DNA of 64,000 nt from Terriglobia bacterium (GTDB taxonomy: Bacteria; Acidobacteriota; Terriglobia; JAJPHL01; JAPKYU01): contig CBDCVK010000010.1 in the NCBI GenBank assembly GCA_965223005.1, positions 1,152,001 to 1,216,000 of the forward strand, in the 5' to 3' direction. Positions 9,681-19,528 of this stretch are shown in pieces. The first letter of the stretch is position 1. Each line of letters opens with the position of its first letter. Below the pieces are notes generated by a model. It searched no databases, had not been told where the DNA came from, and saw only the letters and a list, made by a program, of their open reading frames with translations. The translations under genes and the position numbers were made by a program.

Positions 9681-10799
9681 TCACGCGGCATTAGACCTAG
9701 GGCGCGCCATGCGGGCCATGTGCAACGTGAGCGGGCGCGGCTTGAGCGTCTCCAGTTGATAGGTGACCGTGCCAGCCGCCTCGGTGCGCACCAGTCGGTA
9801 GATCCCGGGCTCGACCTCAATGGTCTGCCGGCCACTGAGGTGGCGCAGAAAGGCCCGCACTTCCTTTGCAGTCGGCACCTTGTCTGGCACCCGGCCGGCG
9901 CGAATCGCTTCGACCAGGTAGGACTGCAGCAACTTGGCGCGGTAGCGTTCAAACAGCGCAGGGGAGGCGAACAGGTCGGCCCACACGGCCTGCCCATTCA
10001 CCGCGACCACTACCCCAACCGCCTCCCGTGGGATCTGCGGAAGGATCGCGCGGCTACCCCCGACCAGGTGGTCCTGCACTGGCCGAGCCTCCATGGTTCT
10101 GGCGTAGGAGGATTGGGCACGAAGGGCACCCGCGGCTCCCGCACGTCCGGTTGTGGGCGCCGCGGCCAGTGTATCTGCAACCGACTTGTTGGCCTGAGCG
10201 ACCTCGTTCCAGACCTTCTGCTGATCGCGCGCCTCGGTCACCTCGCGCCGCAGCTTCGGGTGCGCCATCGCCTTGGAGGCGGCAAACTGAGCCGACAAGC
10301 CATGCCAACGGCCCGGCTCCACGCAAAAGACACTGAGTGGGATCGGCTCGCTGTGGGGCGGCACGATGCGGTCCCGTCCCACCACGCGGTCCTGCTTGCC
10401 GCCGCGAACCACCTCTCCGGCCAGCAGCAGCAGAGGCCGGTCGGACAGGTTCTGGATGGCCAGCCCACTCACCCGTGCGCGGTCCTGCGGGACTGGACGC
10501 TGACGCTGGTGCCGGCGCTCCAGGGGGCGCACCATGCCAGCCCCGCGCAGGGTACCCAGTTCAGCCACCTTCACCACCCCTTTCGCCAGACCTTCGTCCA
10601 GCGTCAGGTAGAGGGAAGTCTTGGCCCGGCTCCCGTTGGAAACCGGGAAGATGGTGAGGTTGCCCTGCTGGATGGGATCATGGATCTTCAAGTCGGTAGA
10701 GTGCAACGTGGTTGGCTTATTGGCGCCGGCCACCAGAACCAGGCTTACGGTGCCCAGAACGAGACTTACGGCAAGAATTAAAGACAGAGTGCGCCACAT
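9681..10799 (-). CDS. Secreted DUF6569 (ARPP-1)-like protein
   Basis: Signal peptide; LTLDEGL, LLLLAGEVVRGGKQDRVV and VFCVEPGRW motifs, recalled from this family. Confidence 0.65.
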   Translation of the reverse strand: MWRTLSLILAVSLVLGTVSLVLVAGANKPTTLHSTDLKIHDPIQQGNLTIFPVSNGSRAKTSLYLTLDEGLAKGVVKVAELGTLRGAGMVRPLERRHQRQRPVPQDRARVSGLAIQNLSDRPLLLLAGEVVRGGKQDRVVGRDRIVPPHSEPIPLSVFCVEPGRWHGLSAQFAASKAMAHPKLRREVTEARDQQKVWNEVAQANKSVADTLAAAPTTGRAGAAGALRAQSSYARTMEARPVQDHLVGGSRAILPQIPREAVGVVVAVNGQAVWADLFASPALFERYRAKLLQSYLVEAIRAGRVPDKVPTAKEVRAFLRHLSGRQTIEVEPGIYRLVRTEAAGTVTYQLETLKPRPLTLHMARMARPRSNAA

Positions 10800-11347
10800 C
10801 AGTTTTTTCTCTCCTTTGGCAGGTAGACATTAGAGTGACTTCGGCTGCACCGCCGGGAGGACCGATCAGCCAGATGCCCTCTATCCGCTTGAACGGAATT
10901 AGCTACTGTTTCTTGCAGGATTCAATCGCTACCGGGGAGCGATGGTGGTCTACTTCGGCAAACCACGGCAGGGCTCCTCATGAGCCCTTGGGGAGTCGTT
11001 GGGGAGCACTCGGGGAGGTTGCTGAAAAACGCACAGAACCACCGCTGGCCAACGGTCGGCGGCTCGGTAAGTTGTTCAAGCTACAGGGCCGCGGGCCTAA
11101 GTAAGCGGGCCAGGAGGGTCCTAAGCCACGACTTTTCAGTACGTTGGGAACATACTGCACCGCCGGCCTGCATTGCGGTTTTCTCTTGGCGAAACCACCG
11201 TCTCCTGGCATAATCGGGCTGCTGTTTAGGTTGTACTCATCCTGAAGTCGCACAGGGGTGAGGGGCTACAAGCAGCTTTGTGGCTCTTTTCTTTTTGGCG
11301 GTTGGGGATGGCCTGGCAGCGCAAAACTTAGATCAGGAGTTGAAGTA

Positions 11348-11551
11348 GTGAAAGAGAAAGGTATCGTCAAGTGGTTTAACGCTTCGAAAGGCTACGGCTT
11401 TATCCAGCGTTCGTCAGGGGAGGACGTCTTCGTCCATTACACGGCCATTCAAAACGAAGGCTATCGGACGCTGGACGAAGGCGCTGAGGTGGAGTTCGAG
11501 GTGACCCGCGGCCCCAAGGGCTGGCAGGCCGTACAGGTGGTCCAACTTTAA
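11348..11551 (+). CDS. csp: Cold-shock protein (CspA family)
   Basis: GIVKWFNASKGYGFI (RNP1), DVFVHY (RNP2); AGGAG RBS before GTG 11348. Confidence 0.95.
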   Translation: MKEKGIVKWFNASKGYGFIQRSSGEDVFVHYTAIQNEGYRTLDEGAEVEFEVTRGPKGWQAVQVVQL

Positions 11552-11584
11552 CCGATCGCCAACAAAACTCAGCTTGAGTGTGGC

Positions 11585-11620
11585 GCGGGCCCCGAGGCTT
11601 TCGGGGCCCGCAATTTTTTT
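11585..11620 (+). terminator. Intrinsic terminator of csp
   Basis: 11-bp stem GCGGGCCCCGA/TCGGGGCCCGC followed by AATTTTTTT. Confidence 0.85.
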
Positions 11621-11719
11621 GGTGCCCGCCCGGGCGTACCACCGTGCTCGCTCGCCGTGCAGCTTTCGTTCGTGGGTCCCTATATAGGCAAAATCCAGGC
11701 GTTCGTGTATAACAGCCCC

Positions 11720-13276
11720 ATGCCAAAGAATGACCAGCAAGCGCCGCGCGCTTCTGCCAAAGGCGCAAAGGCCAGGGTGGCTGGCGCTGCCGAAAGCCAG
11801 AGAAGGGAGGCTGTTTTGCCTGCCAGTGAGGTTCGCGTTGAGACCGATACCATGGGTCCGGTGCACGTGCCCGCCGAGGCACACTACGGCGCGCAAACCC
11901 AGCGCGCGGTGGAGAACTTCCCCATCTCCGGTATCCGCTTTCCTCGCCGCTTCATCCGCGCCCTGGGACTGATCAAAGGCGCGGCCGCCCGGGTGAACAA
12001 AGATCTGGGCTTACTGGAGCCGCAGTACTCGGCCGCTATCCTCCAGGCGGCGCAGGAGGTGACCGAGGGCAAGTGGGACGACGAGTTTGTCCTGGATATA
12101 TTCCAGACAGGCTCAGGGACCTCGACCAACATGAATGCCAACGAGGTGATCTCCAGCCGGGCCAACGAGTTGCTGGGGGGCAAGAAGGGCGATCGCAAGC
12201 CAGTGCGGCCCAACGACGAGGTCAACAAGTGCCAGTCGTCGAACGACGTCATCCCTACGGCCATCCACCTGGCCGTGCTGGAGGCGCTCGAGCACGACCT
12301 GCGGCCGGCTCTGGAGGTGCTGGCCGCTGGGTTGGAAGCGAAGGCCGCCGAGTTCAAGGACGTGCTTAAGACAGGCCGGACGCACCTGCAGGACGCGGTG
12401 CCCATCACGTTGGGGCAGGAGTTTTCCGGCTACGCGTCGCAGGTGCGGCACGCCGTGACGCGGGTCCGGTCGGCGATGACGCACCTGGAAGAGGTGCCCA
12501 TCGGCGGCACGGCACTTGGCACCGGGCTGAATGCGCCGGTCGATTTCGGCAACCGGATGTGCGTGCTGCTGGCCAACACCACCGGCATCCAGCTGCGGGA
12601 AGCGGAGAACACGTTTGAAGCTATGGGTTCCCGCGACGCATTGGTTGAGGCGTCCGGGGCGTTGAAAGTGGTGGCGGTGAGCCTGGTCAAGATCGCCTCC
12701 GACATCCGCCTGCTTTCCTGCGGGCCACGTACCGGCATTGCCGAGATCGCTATCCCCGAGATGCAGCCAGGCAGCTCCATCATGCCGGGCAAGGTGAACC
12801 CGGTGATCCCCGAAATGCTGATTCAGGTGGGGGCGCAGGTGATCGGCAATGACGCGGCGGTGACTCTGGGCGGCGTCTTTGGCCAGTTGGACCTGAACGT
12901 GATGATGCCGCTGATGACCCATAACCTGCTCCAGTCCACCGCGTTGCTGAGCACCGGCGCGCGAGTGTTCAAAGAGCGCTGCGTGTCCAGCGGGCCGGAG
13001 ATGCCAGACAATCCGGACAACGTGAAGGGCATCGTGGCCAATCGCGAGCGCTGCCGCAGCCTTGTGGTGAACAGCCTGATGCCGGTGACCGCACTGGTGC
13101 CGCGGCTCGGTTACAAGGAAGCCGCCAACATCGCCCAAGAAGCGCACAAAACCGGCAAGACCGTGCGCGAGGTTGTCCTGGAGAAAAAGCTCATCCCGGA
13201 GCAGGAACTGGACGCCCTGCTGGATCTGACCGCCATGACCCGAACGGGCATCCGCAAAGGCGCCGGCGGCGGCTGA
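11720..13276 (+). CDS. fumC: Class II fumarate hydratase
   Basis: [38 protein letters not shown] signature; exact start uncertain. Confidence 0.92.
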   Translation: MPKNDQQAPRASAKGAKARVAGAAESQRREAVLPASEVRVETDTMGPVHVPAEAHYGAQTQRAVENFPISGIRFPRRFIRALGLIKGAAARVNKDLGLLEPQYSAAILQAAQEVTEGKWDDEFVLDIFQTGSGTSTNMNANEVISSRANELLGGKKGDRKPVRPNDEVNKCQSSNDVIPTAIHLAVLEALEHDLRPALEVLAAGLEAKAAEFKDVLKTGRTHLQDAVPITLGQEFSGYASQVRHAVTRVRSAMTHLEEVPIGGTALGTGLNAPVDFGNRMCVLLANTTGIQLREAENTFEAMGSRDALVEASGALKVVAVSLVKIASDIRLLSCGPRTGIAEIAIPEMQPGSSIMPGKVNPVIPEMLIQVGAQVIGNDAAVTLGGVFGQLDLNVMMPLMTHNLLQSTALLSTGARVFKERCVSSGPEMPDNPDNVKGIVANRERCRSLVVNSLMPVTALVPRLGYKEAANIAQEAHKTGKTVREVVLEKKLIPEQELDALLDLTAMTRTGIRKGAGGG

Positions 13277-13283
13277 CCTTCCC

Positions 13284-14345
13284 ATGCTGGTCAAGACGCG
13301 CAGCGCCGCGGTCTTCGGCATTGACGCCTACCTGGTGGACGTGGAAGTGGACCTGTCCAGCCGGGGCATGCACGATTTCCTGGTGGTAGGCCTGCCGGAC
13401 GCAGCGGTCAAGGAAAGCCACCATCGCGTCCGCGGCGCGCTGAAAAACTGCGGTTACTACTTCGGCCAGAGCGTCACCGTCAACCTTGCCCCAGCCGACA
13501 AGAGGAAGGAAGGCTCCGGCTTTGACCTTCCCATGGCCATGGGAATTCTCGGGGCTTTAGAGGTGGTTTCCTCTGAGCGGCTGGCCGAGTTCCTGTTCCT
13601 CGGCGAGCTGTCGCTGGACGGCTCGCTGCGCCCTATCCGCGGCACGCTGCCGGTGGCCGTGCTGGCCCGGGCATCCGGCATCCGGCACCTCGTGGTTCCA
13701 TCTGCCAACGCGCGAGAGGCGGCGGTCGTCGAGGGGGTCTGCGTCTTTGCGGTGAACTCGCTGGGGGAGGCGCTGGCCCTGGTGAACGATGCGCCCGGTT
13801 TCACCGCAACCCAGGTGGACCGCCAGCAGGCCTTGGAGCAAAGCAGCGTTTATAACGTGGACTTCAGCGAAGTGCGCGGGCAGAAGGCTACCAAACGCGC
13901 TCTGGAAGTGGCCGCCGCCGGCGCCCACAACATCCTGATGATTGGGCCGCCGGGTTCGGGCAAGACGATGCTGGCCCGGCGCCTGCCCACCGTCCTGCCC
14001 GGCCTGAGCTTTGACGAGGCCATCCAGACAACCAAGATTCACAGCGTGGCTGGAGTGCTGGACCCGGCGCAGGGCCTGCTCTGCACTCGACCCTTCCGCT
14101 CACCGCACCATACCATCTCGGACGCCGGCCTGGTAGGCGGCGGGACCATTCCTCATCCTGGCGAGGTGAGCCTGGCGCACAACGGGGTGCTGTTTCTGGA
14201 CGAGTTGCCGGAATTCCGGCGCAATGTGCTGGAGGTGATGCGCCAGCCTTTGGAGGATGGCGCGGTGACGATCGCCCGGGCCACCATGACCGTGGCCTTC
14301 CCCTCCTCCTTCATGCTCGCCGCCGCCATGAACCCTTGCCCGTAG
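13284..14345 (+). pseudogene. comM: comM/YifB Mg-chelatase-like AAA+ ATPase, 5' fragment (interrupted by island)
   Basis: [19 protein letters not shown] (Walker A), [17 protein letters not shown] (Walker B); ends AAMNPCP* at an island-supplied TAG. Confidence 0.95.
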
Positions 14346-15831
14346 GGCTTATTTCATTGCGACACCTATCTGTAAGAATCGAAAGGCCTGCCACGCGGTA
14401 GTTGTGTACGTGGATTCCGGGGACAATCGCTTGCAGAAGCCTCCGTTTGTGGTCCCTCGATAAAAACTCCCACTCGTGGAAGGGTGCAAACACCTGCGCC
14501 AGTTCCGCCGCAGAAAAGGACATTTCTGGGGACTCCCGCATCAGCATTTGCCGGTACAGCGCCTGGTCCCGCTCGACGGCGGCCAGGCGGCGATCCCGCT
14601 CTTCCTGCGTGATCACTCCATCGAAGTAGGTCCCGAGAACCCGCTCCCGCTTTCCGGCGAGTGCCCGCAGTTCAGACTGCAACCGCACCACCTGATTATT
14701 CTCGCCATCACGACCATGTCGGTACTGTTCCATCAAGTCTTCGAGGAAATCACCGTCAGTCAACCGTTGCGCAAAGAGCGAATCCAGTGACGCTTCCAGA
14801 CGCTCGCGACGCATATAGCGGCTTTCGCACTTCCCGCTTAGCCGACGGTTCTTGCAGATGTAGTAATCACGCCCTCGATGGTGTGTGTAAATGATTTCAT
14901 TGCAGGCGGAGCAGTTAAGAAACCCGTTGTAGACAAAGCGATGCTCATAATCCAGACGCGACCGCCAATGCCGCTCCCGCTTCAGGTCAAGCAATCTCTG
15001 CAGATGAGAAAATTCGTCTTCGCTCAGAATACCGTCCATTACCTTGACGCGAATAACTTCTTCCGGCGTCCGGGCCACCTTGGGCCGATCCGCCTGCCGA
15101 CCGTCTTGTTTGGTACGTTTGGCTGCGGGCGAAGGGTCCCGCCGCTGAGAGTACACTCGCCAACCCGCGTAGATCGGGTTGCGCAGGATCACCCGTAGGT
15201 TAAAGGGGTCAATGCCAAGCTTCTCCCCCACAGCTCGGTAACTGGTTTCTCCCCCAAGAAAAAGGCGCACCGCTTCTCGCACCTTCTCGGCTTCCGCTTT
15301 GTAGTACCAGCCACGATGCTCGTCATACGCGACCCCGAACGGGAGAGTTATCCAAGATTGCGGGTGCTTGCCAGCGCGCCGGTTCTCTTCCTTTGCCGCC
15401 CACACGCGCTCCAAAATCTCGGTGCGCTCTAAGCCGGCGATGGCTGCCCGGATCGGTCCCATAAGCCGACCGGCCTTTGAAGACATATCAATCAGTCCGT
15501 CCGGGAGGTATAGCACCGTGCGCGTGTCAACGAAGGCTTGCAGCAGAGCGTAATCTGTAAAATTTTCTGGCCGCATCAGGCGCGAGAATTCCTTCGCCAC
15601 AACACCATGAATCTGCGGTGACTCCATCAGCCGAAGTAGTTCTTTCATCTCCGGCGCCATCAGAACCGCTGCTCCCGAAACGTCGGCCATCTCAATAGTG
15701 CGAACAATCTCAAGGCCGTACTGCTGGGCTGTGCGCCTGTTCGCCGCACGTTGGGCCGGGACGCCGGCGCGACCCTCGGCCGCTTGCCCCTCAGTTGACA
15801 CGCGGATGAGTTCGATCACCTTTTTGTTCAT
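14311..15831 (-). CDS. Large serine recombinase (integrase), 506 aa in the integrated state; 3' end crosses the att junction
   Basis: ELIRVST catalytic Ser, [18 protein letters not shown] recombinase domain, CSAC...YYIC...C zinc ribbon, coiled coil; start MNKK at 15831. Confidence 0.93.
   Translation of the reverse strand: MNKKVIELIRVSTEGQAAEGRAGVPAQRAANRRTAQQYGLEIVRTIEMADVSGAAVLMAPEMKELLRLMESPQIHGVVAKEFSRLMRPENFTDYALLQAFVDTRTVLYLPDGLIDMSSKAGRLMGPIRAAIAGLERTEILERVWAAKEENRRAGKHPQSWITLPFGVAYDEHRGWYYKAEAEKVREAVRLFLGGETSYRAVGEKLGIDPFNLRVILRNPIYAGWRVYSQRRDPSPAAKRTKQDGRQADRPKVARTPEEVIRVKVMDGILSEDEFSHLQRLLDLKRERHWRSRLDYEHRFVYNGFLNCSACNEIIYTHHRGRDYYICKNRRLSGKCESRYMRRERLEASLDSLFAQRLTDGDFLEDLMEQYRHGRDGENNQVVRLQSELRALAGKRERVLGTYFDGVITQEERDRRLAAVERDQALYRQMLMRESPEMSFSAAELAQVFAPFHEWEFLSRDHKRRLLQAIVPGIHVHNYRVAGLSILTDRCRNEISPTGKGSWRRRA
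14315..14366. other. Left attachment junction (comM half-site + island arm); crossover dinucleotide CC 14340-14341
   Basis: Joining 14341 to 22934 restores MNPCPCGFFND in frame; island arm 14342-14366 is a 17/25 inverted repeat of 22907-22931. Confidence 0.85.
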
Positions 15832-15972
15832 CGTCCAACCCGCAGAGTTTTCTTGCCAGCCGCAATACTGTTGATTGGTCCCCGCTTTCGAGCGCTGCCC
15901 GAAGGCTGGCGAGAGTTTCGCGCCTTTTGCGCGAGATTTCAAGCGCCGCCTCCAGGATTCCTTTGGAATTGG

Positions 15973-17366
15973 TGGGCTTGATCCGGTTTCGTGGACACGT
16001 TCCGAAAGGCGGATACGATGTCCAGAATGGGATCAACGAAGGCAGGGAGACGGGCGCGACGACAGTTCAGTGAGGAGTTCCGGATCGGAGCCGTTCGGCT
16101 GGTCTTGGATGCGGGCAAGACGGTCGGCGCCGTCGCGCGCGAGTTGGATCTGACGCCATCGGCCCTGGCGCAGTGGGTGAAGCAGGCACGTGCCGATCGG
16201 ACGAAGGGCAAGACGGGGCTGACGACCGAGGAGCGCGCCGAGCTGGCGCGCCTACGCAAAGACAATCGCGAGCTGCGGATGGAGCGCGACGTCCTAAAAA
16301 AAGCCACGGCCTTCTTCGCGAAGGACCACCTGTGAAGTTCGCGTGGATCCAGGCGGAGAAGGCCACCTACCCGCTCACGAAGCTCTGCCGCTGGCTCGAC
16401 GTCACGCGGAGTGGCTTTTACGCCTGGCGCGCGCGTCCAGAATCAACGCATGCACGCGAGGATCGCCGGCTGGCCGTGCTGGTGCGGGCGTCGTTTGAGG
16501 CGAGCAAGCAGCGCTACGGCAGCCCGCGCGTTCACGAGGATCTCCTTGAGCAGGAGGAGCACGTCAGCCGCAAACGGGTCGTGCGCCTGATGCAGAAAGA
16601 CGGGCTGAAGGCGCGGCGGCGCAAGCGGTACAAGCTCACCACGATGAGTGATCACGATCAACCGGTGGCGGCCAATCTCCTGGACCGACACTTTGAGGCG
16701 GCCGCGCCGAATCAACGGTGGGTCGGCGACACGACGGAGTTCGTCATCGGCGGCAGCGGGAAGCTCTACCTTGCGGCGATCTTGGATCTGTTCTCCCGGT
16801 TCATCGTGGGATGGGCCGTGAGCGCCGTCAACGACCGCCATCTGACCATCAAGGCGCTCCAGATGGCGCTGAAGCGCCGCTGCCCCGACGCCGGTCTGCT
16901 GCACCATTCCGACCAGGGCGGCACCTATGCGAGCGAGGACTACCAAGACGTGCTCGACACACACGGTATCATCTGTAGCATGAGCCGCCGGGGCAATTGC
17001 TACGACAATGCCGTGATGGAAAGCTTCTTCTCGACGGTCAAGAGCGAACTCCGCGAGCACTTCGACAGCAACGGCGAGGCCAAGATGGAGTTATTCGACT
17101 ACATCGAAGTGTTCTATAACCAGCGGCGGCGCCACTCGACGCTCGGCCAGATCAGTCCGGCCGCCTTCGAGCGACGCGTGGCGGCGTAGGGCATGGACGC
17201 TGCCGTCCCTGTGGACGCGGAAAACGCGTCCACGAGTGACTTGGAAAACCGCACAGAACGCGGTTTCCCACAGCGTCCACACCCATTATCGCGTTCATGA
17301 AAGGAAGAAAAAAGAGAGAGACTCAACCAACGTAACTAAACCGTCCACTGAATCGGATCAGGCTCA
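15973..17366 (+). mobile_element. IS3-family insertion sequence, 1,394 bp, 3-bp target duplication TGG
   Basis: TG...CA ends; IRL TGGGCTTGATCCGGTTTCGTGGAC vs IRR(rc) TGAGCCTGATCCGATTCAGTGGAC (19/24); TGG at 15970-15972 and 17367-17369. Confidence 0.95.
16018..17189 (+). CDS. IS3 transposase OrfA (16018-16335) / OrfB joined by -1 programmed frameshift
   Basis: OrfA HTH and ELRMERDVLKKA; A7G slippery site at 16296-16303; OrfB WVGDTT, HHSDQG, CYDNAVMESFF (DDE). Confidence 0.93.
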
Positions 17367-17407
17367 TGGGCGGCGTTCCGGGCTGTGGGTCGCGGCTCAT
17401 TCGTGGT

Positions 17408-17893
17408 TCAGAACGATGTACTCCGCAACTTTCGCAGCATGGCTTTGCTACCGGCATCTACGCCACACCGGCGGGCATGTTGCTCCTGCCGTTTCTTCCG
17501 CTGGACCCGTGCCGCCTCGATGCCCGGCAGGAGGCAATCGCAGCGCCGCACGGTGTTTTCATTAACCTGAATCCAGCCGCTCGTGTCGGCACAGTTCTCA
17601 CAAAATCTACCGGTGTCCTCCGGGTCGTAACTTTTCTGGCGCTGTGTCGTTTGTGCGGCCTTGCTGATGGCGGCCACACTGGGGAAGTAGTCGTAGTTCC
17701 TCAAGCACCACGCACAAGCCTCGGACAATAGTTCTGGCGACAAATGGGCCAGGCCCTCAGCGTAGACGGCAGCGTGCGGTTCAGTAATCTCCCGGTTCCA
17801 GGAGGCGCTGAACTGGAACAGCCAGTGTTTGAGTGCCGCCAGGAATTGCTCGTTCGAGCGCGGTAGCAGTTCGGATGATTTTTTGCTGTTCAT
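17408..17893 (-). CDS. Phage-type replication accessory protein (helicase loader/inhibitor-like) with zinc knuckle
   Basis: Helical N-terminus ending YFPSVAAI, then CENC...GWI...RRCDC; directly downstream of the initiator gene. Confidence 0.5.
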   Translation of the reverse strand: MNSKKSSELLPRSNEQFLAALKHWLFQFSASWNREITEPHAAVYAEGLAHLSPELLSEACAWCLRNYDYFPSVAAISKAAQTTQRQKSYDPEDTGRFCENCADTSGWIQVNENTVRRCDCLLPGIEAARVQRKKRQEQHARRCGVDAGSKAMLRKLRSTSF

Positions 17894-18692
17894 AAGACAG
17901 GGTTCCCTTTAGTGGTTTTCCGAAGCGGTCTAGTGGTCCGCCAGCGTATTTCGCTAAATTTCTGAGCCAGAAGTGTGGCGGCTCGCTGTGATTTGCTTCG
18001 CTTGCGAATCGGTGTTGGAGGCACACCAAAATCTGCTCCGTGGTCCAGGAAGGGTTTTCGCGGAGGAACAGGGCGAGGTTTCGTCCTTCTGTCGGTCCCC
18101 AGGGGGCCGTCGGCACCCCAGGGTTGCGTTCGCGCCAACCTTGCTGGATTGCATTTCTGACTTCAGGGTGCCGGGTGTCAACTTCGCCCGTGGCCGGTGC
18201 TTTTGGACGTGCCACAAGGCCCTTCTCCTGGGTTCCCTTAACATGTGTACCCTTAAGCGGAAGGTGGTTCCGCTGGTTTCTGCTGTCATTTTCCGCTGGC
18301 TCTGCGCTTGTTTTCCGCTGGTGGCGGAACGTGGTTCCGCTGGCACCGGAATCTAATTCCGCTGGCGGGAGCCATTCGGACTTGTCAAGCAAATGGTAGA
18401 CGTTATTCAAAAACCCGCCGCTTTCGGCACGTCGGCGCTCCACCGCTATCAGGCGGAGGCGCTCCAAAAGGTGGAGGTATTTACGAACGCTACGGGCACT
18501 GATGCCATGTTGTTCGGCGATTCTTTGTTCGGAAGGAAAGCAGGACTCATTCCGGTCAACGTGCCGACATAGGCTCAAGTAGATAGCTGTGCCAATGGGT
18601 CCCAGCACCTTCGCGTAGCCATTCAGGTACAAGTCGTCTACCACGAAGTATCCCTTTCGCCTGCGGTCCCTGACCTGGAATCCTGCGTTCAC
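17781..18692 (-). CDS. Winged-HTH replication initiator-like protein (phage O/replisome-organiser type)
   Basis: AIYLSLCRH...CFPSEQRIAEQHGISARSVRKYLHLLERLRLI..NNVYHLL (HTH_36-like); low-complexity linker holding direct repeats. Confidence 0.7.
   Translation of the reverse strand: MNAGFQVRDRRRKGYFVVDDLYLNGYAKVLGPIGTAIYLSLCRHVDRNESCFPSEQRIAEQHGISARSVRKYLHLLERLRLIAVERRRAESGGFLNNVYHLLDKSEWLPPAELDSGASGTTFRHQRKTSAEPAENDSRNQRNHLPLKGTHVKGTQEKGLVARPKAPATGEVDTRHPEVRNAIQQGWRERNPGVPTAPWGPTEGRNLALFLRENPSWTTEQILVCLQHRFASEANHSEPPHFWLRNLAKYAGGPLDRFGKPLKGTLSYEQQKIIRTATALERAIPGGTQTLAVPVQRLLEPGDY
18268..18365. repeat. Five iteron-like direct repeats TTCCGCTGG (putative origin inside the initiator gene)
   Basis: Exact copies start at 18268, 18291, 18313, 18335, 18357 (spacing 23, 22, 22, 22). 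Confidence 0.8.
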
Positions 18693-18868
18693 CTCGTCGC
18701 CTCCAGGGTGACGCGCTTGCTAGCCCTCGCTGGGCGACGCACGTCATTTCCCATCCCGCCCGGTGGTTCTGCTGGATGGACTCTTTCCGCGAGCCAGGTA
18801 CACACAACTTCCGAATCCAGCCGAACCAGACGCCCCACCTTTACGAAAGTGATTTCTCGCAAAGAAAC
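18689..18868 (-). pseudogene. Excisionase-like (HTH_17/MerR-type) remnant lacking its N-terminal half
   Basis: VSLREITFVKVGRLVRLDSEVVCTWL; its TGA overlaps the initiator GTG (GTGA); not in the ORF track (<60 aa). Confidence 0.55.
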
Positions 18869-19094
18869 CGGGGGGCCTTTTCGTGGAAAAGCTCTATTTG
18901 GCAGTGTTCTGTGGGCGCACTGCCTTATCCTGGCATTTCTCGGCTTGCGGGGTTCCTATGTGGTTGGCGATCAGGTCGGCCCTGAACTCCATGGTTCTTC
19001 GTGAGCCGCCGGGAGCGACTAAACCGTCTAGCCTATTTGCAGCAGTGTGCCGTGACCCCCTACAGTCACCATCGCGCACGGGCGCCGAAACGGA

Positions 19095-19417
19095 CTATTT
19101 TCTTTCCATCTCCGCGTGCACTTCCAACGTCTGTCCTGCCGCAATCGAAATCTTGCGCTCCCAATCCTTGAAACCCTGCTTTCGCAGCTTGGCGTTGTAC
19201 TTTCCCGGCGCCAACGTTTGGGACTGTGGACTGACTCCAGCGTAAGCTCCGTCGATTTCGACTTCAGCCCACGCAGGATCGGAAGTTATCTTCACGGCAC
19301 CTTTCTGCTCTTCGCTCGGTGGAACGTCTAGTTCGGCCTTTACACCTTTCTTAAACAGCCACTTCCGGTCCTTTTCATCAGCATAAATAGGCTTGCCTGT
19401 ATGGAATGTGAGGGCAT
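19095..19417 (-). pseudogene. PEGA-domain protein, 3' fragment
   Basis: VKITSDPAWAEVEIDGAYAGVSP...LAPGKY...KQGFKDW PEGA pattern; joins 22031-22493 in frame. Confidence 0.85.
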
Positions 19418-19528
19418 CTAGGCCCGGATTTCCTTTATGAACTATCGGCGGCAACCTTCTGAATGACTCCAACGTCAGTATTGATGCGGGTTCCAGCATC
19501 AACATTGCCTTCCGGAGGTGTACACCGA

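Larger units (their letters stand above)
15791..17400 (-). pseudogene. 70-aa helical protein overlapping the recombinase start, split by IS3 (pieces 17400-17370 and 15972-15791)
   Basis: Removing the IS and one TGG copy gives the continuous ORF MSRDPQPGTPP-NSKGILEAALEISRKRR...THPRVN*. Confidence 0.75.

Noticed and set aside
10800-11340. Long intergenic region upstream of csp as ncRNA or attC
   Set aside because: No tRNA, riboswitch or attC pattern that I can support; compatible with divergent promoters and a long csp 5' UTR.
14338-14341. GCCC shared by both junctions (14338-14341 and 22931-22934) as a 4-bp core
   Set aside because: Recombining in that register shifts comM by one base and breaks the attP symmetry; only the CC register (offset 8,592) restores the frame.
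15832-15942. N-terminal extension of the recombinase in the ORF track (543 aa)
   Set aside because: The catalytic motif lies about 10 residues after ATG 15831, as usual for the family; the extension overlaps the 70-aa upstream gene.
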